From NCBI RefSeq assembly GCF_963921235.1, contig NC_086098.1:744001-808000 (forward strand): DNA of 64,000 nt. Reading direction: 5' to 3'. The notes below the pieces were generated by a model, which was given only the letters and a program-made list of their open reading frames with translations, was not told the origin of the DNA and made no database searches. Position numbers and translations under genes: made by a program. Origin of the DNA: Mobula hypostoma (taxonomy: Eukaryota). This document shows positions 61,622-64,000 of this stretch, piece after piece. Position 1 is the first letter of the stretch, and each line of letters starts with the position of its first letter.

Positions 61622-64000
61622 GAAAACATAGAACACAGAATAGTACAGCACAGTGCAGGCCCTTCAGCCCACAATGTTGTGCCGACCCTCAAACCCTGCC
61701 TCCCATATAAGCCTCCACCTTAAATTCCTCCATATACCTGTCTAGTAGTCTCTTAAACTTCACTAGTGTATCTGCCTCCACCACTGGCTCAGGCAGTGCA
61801 TTCCACGCACCAACCACTCTCTGAGTAAAAAACCTTCCTCTAATATTCCCCTTGAACTTCCCACTTCTTACCTTAAAGCCATGTCCTCTTGTATTGAGCA
61901 ATGGTGCTCTGGAGAAGAGGTGCTGGTTATCCACTCTATCTATTCCTCTTATCATCTTGTACATGTCTATCATGTCTCCTCTCCTCCTCCTCCTTTCCAA
62001 AGAGTAAAGCCCTAGCTCCCTTAATCTCTGATCATAATGCATACTTTCTAAACCAGGCAGCATCCTGGTAAATCTCCTCTGTACCCTTCCCAATGCTTCT
62101 ACATCCCTCCTATAGTGAGGCGACCAGAACTGGACACAGTACTCCAAGTGTGGCCTAACCAGAGTTTTATAGAGTTGCATCATTACATCGCGACTCTTAA
62201 ACTCTATCCCTCGACTTATGAAAGCTAACACCCCATAAGCTTTCTTAACTACCCTATCCACCTGTGAGGCAACTTTCAGGGATCTGTGGACATGAACCCC
62301 CCGATCCATCTGCTCCTCCACACTACCAAGTATCCTGCCATTTACTTTGTACTCTGCCTTGGAGTTTGTCCTTCCAAAGTGTACCACCTCACTCTTCTCA
62401 GGATTGAACTCTATCTGCCACTTCTCAGCCCACTTCTGCATCCTATCAATGTCTCTCTGCAACTTTGACAATCCTCTACACTATCTACAACACCACCAAC
62501 CTTTGTGTTGTCTGCAAACTTGCCAACCCACCCTTCTACCCCGACATCCAGGTCGTTAATAAAAATCACAAAAAGTAGAGGTCCCAGAACATCCTTGTGG
62601 GACACCACTAGTCACAATCCTCCAATCTGAATGTACTCCCTAAACCATGACCCTCTGCCTTCTGCAGGCAAGCCAATTCTGAATCCACCTGGCCAAAGTT
62701 CCCTGGATCCCATGCCCTCTGACTTTCTGAATAAGCTTACCGTGTGGAACCTTGTCAAATGCCTTACTAAAATCCATATAGACCACATCCACTGCACTAC
62801 CCTCATCTATATGCCTGGTCACCTCCTCAAAGAACTCTATCAGGCTTGGTAGACACGATCTGCCCTTCACAAAGCCATGCTGACTGACCCTGATCAGACC
62901 ATGATTCTCTAAATGCCCATAGATCCTATCTCTAGGAATCTTTTCCAACAGCATTCCCACCACAGACGTAAGGCTCACTGGTCTCTAATTACACGGATTA
63001 TCCCTACTACCTTTTTTGAACAAGGGGACAACATTCGCCTCCCTCCAATCCTCCGGTACCATTCCCGTGGACAACGAGAACATAAGGATCCTGGCCAGAG
63101 GCTCAGCAATCTCTTCCCTTGCCTCATGGAACAGCCTAGGGAATATTCCGTCAGGCCCCAGGGACTTATCCGTCCTAATGTATTTTAACAACTCCAACTC
63201 CTCCTCTCTCTTTATCAACATGCTCCAGAACGTCAACCTCACTCATATTGTCCTCACCATCATCAAGTTCCCTCTCATTTGTGAACACTGAAGAGAAGTA
63301 TTCATTGAGGACCTCGCTCACTTCCACAGCCTCCAGGCACATCTTCCGACCTATATCTCTAATTGGTCCTACCTTCACTCCTGTCATCCTTTTTTTCTTC
63401 ACATAATTGAATGCCTTGGGGTTTTCCTTTTTCCTACTCACCAAGGCTTTCTCGTGCCCCCTTCTTGCTCTTCTCAGCCTCTTCTTAAGCTCCTTTCTTG
63501 CTTCCCTATATTCCTTAATAGACCTATCTGATCCTTGCTTCCTAAACCTAATGTATGCTGCCTTCTTCCACCTGACTAGATTTTCCACCTCACTTGTCAC
63601 CCATGGTTCCTTCACCCTACCATTCTTTATCTTCCTCACTGGGACAAGTTTATCCCTAACATCCTGCAAGAGATCTCTAAATATCGACCGCATGTCCATA
63701 GTACATTTCCCTGCAAAGTATCATCCCAATTCACACCCGCAAGTTCTAGCCTTATAGCCTCATAATTTGCCCATCCCCAATTAAAAATTTTCCTGTACTC
63801 TCTGATTCTATCCTTTTCCATGATAATGCTAAAGGCGGTGGTCACTGTCCCCCAGACGCTCACCCACTGAAAGACCTGTGACCTGACCCGGTTCATTACC
63901 TAGTACTAGATCTAGTATGGCACTCCCCCGGTTGGCCTGTCCACATACTGTGACAGGAATCCATCCTGGACACACTTAACAAACTCTAAACCCTTGGAAC
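61622..64000 (-). mobile_element. CR1 subfamily A, runs off the window end
   Basis: ORFs 61689 (260 aa), 62640, 62985 and 63175; tail aacatagaacacagaatag. Confidence 0.94.

Noticed and set aside
1..64000. Many 60-180 aa ORFs antisense to or out of frame with CR1 ORF2
   Set aside because: Shadow ORFs that recur in every CR1 copy; no independent protein signal.
1..64000. Prokaryotic systems (CRISPR array, retron, DGR, operons)
   Set aside because: No regularly spaced repeat-spacer array; all RTs are eukaryotic non-LTR types.

Overview
Eukaryotic, almost entirely repeat-derived DNA. The density of CR1 LINEs, an HE1/V-SINE-like element and Penelope-like repeats suggest a cartilaginous fish (inference, no database search run). 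Most of the window is deeply nested retroelements: at least five CR1 subfamilies told apart by their 3' tails (labelled A-F here), including a nearly intact 882-aa EN+RT ORF2. Also present are an RNase H-bearing I/Nimb-type LINE inside a Tc1 relic, RTE and Rex1/Babar fragments, seven Penelope-like (PLE, GIY-YIG) pieces, tRNA-derived SINEs, two ORF-less RTE-like elements, solo-LTR-like inserts and a Charlie/Buster-type hAT. No host protein-coding gene is confidently identified; only weak candidate exons lie in the few unique islands. The most notable signal is that the PLE terminal repeats carry minimal hammerhead ribozyme motifs. Two short PLE derivatives are TSD-flanked foldback hairpins whose turn-around points fall at the ribozyme. 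Boundaries without a stated TSD are approximate.
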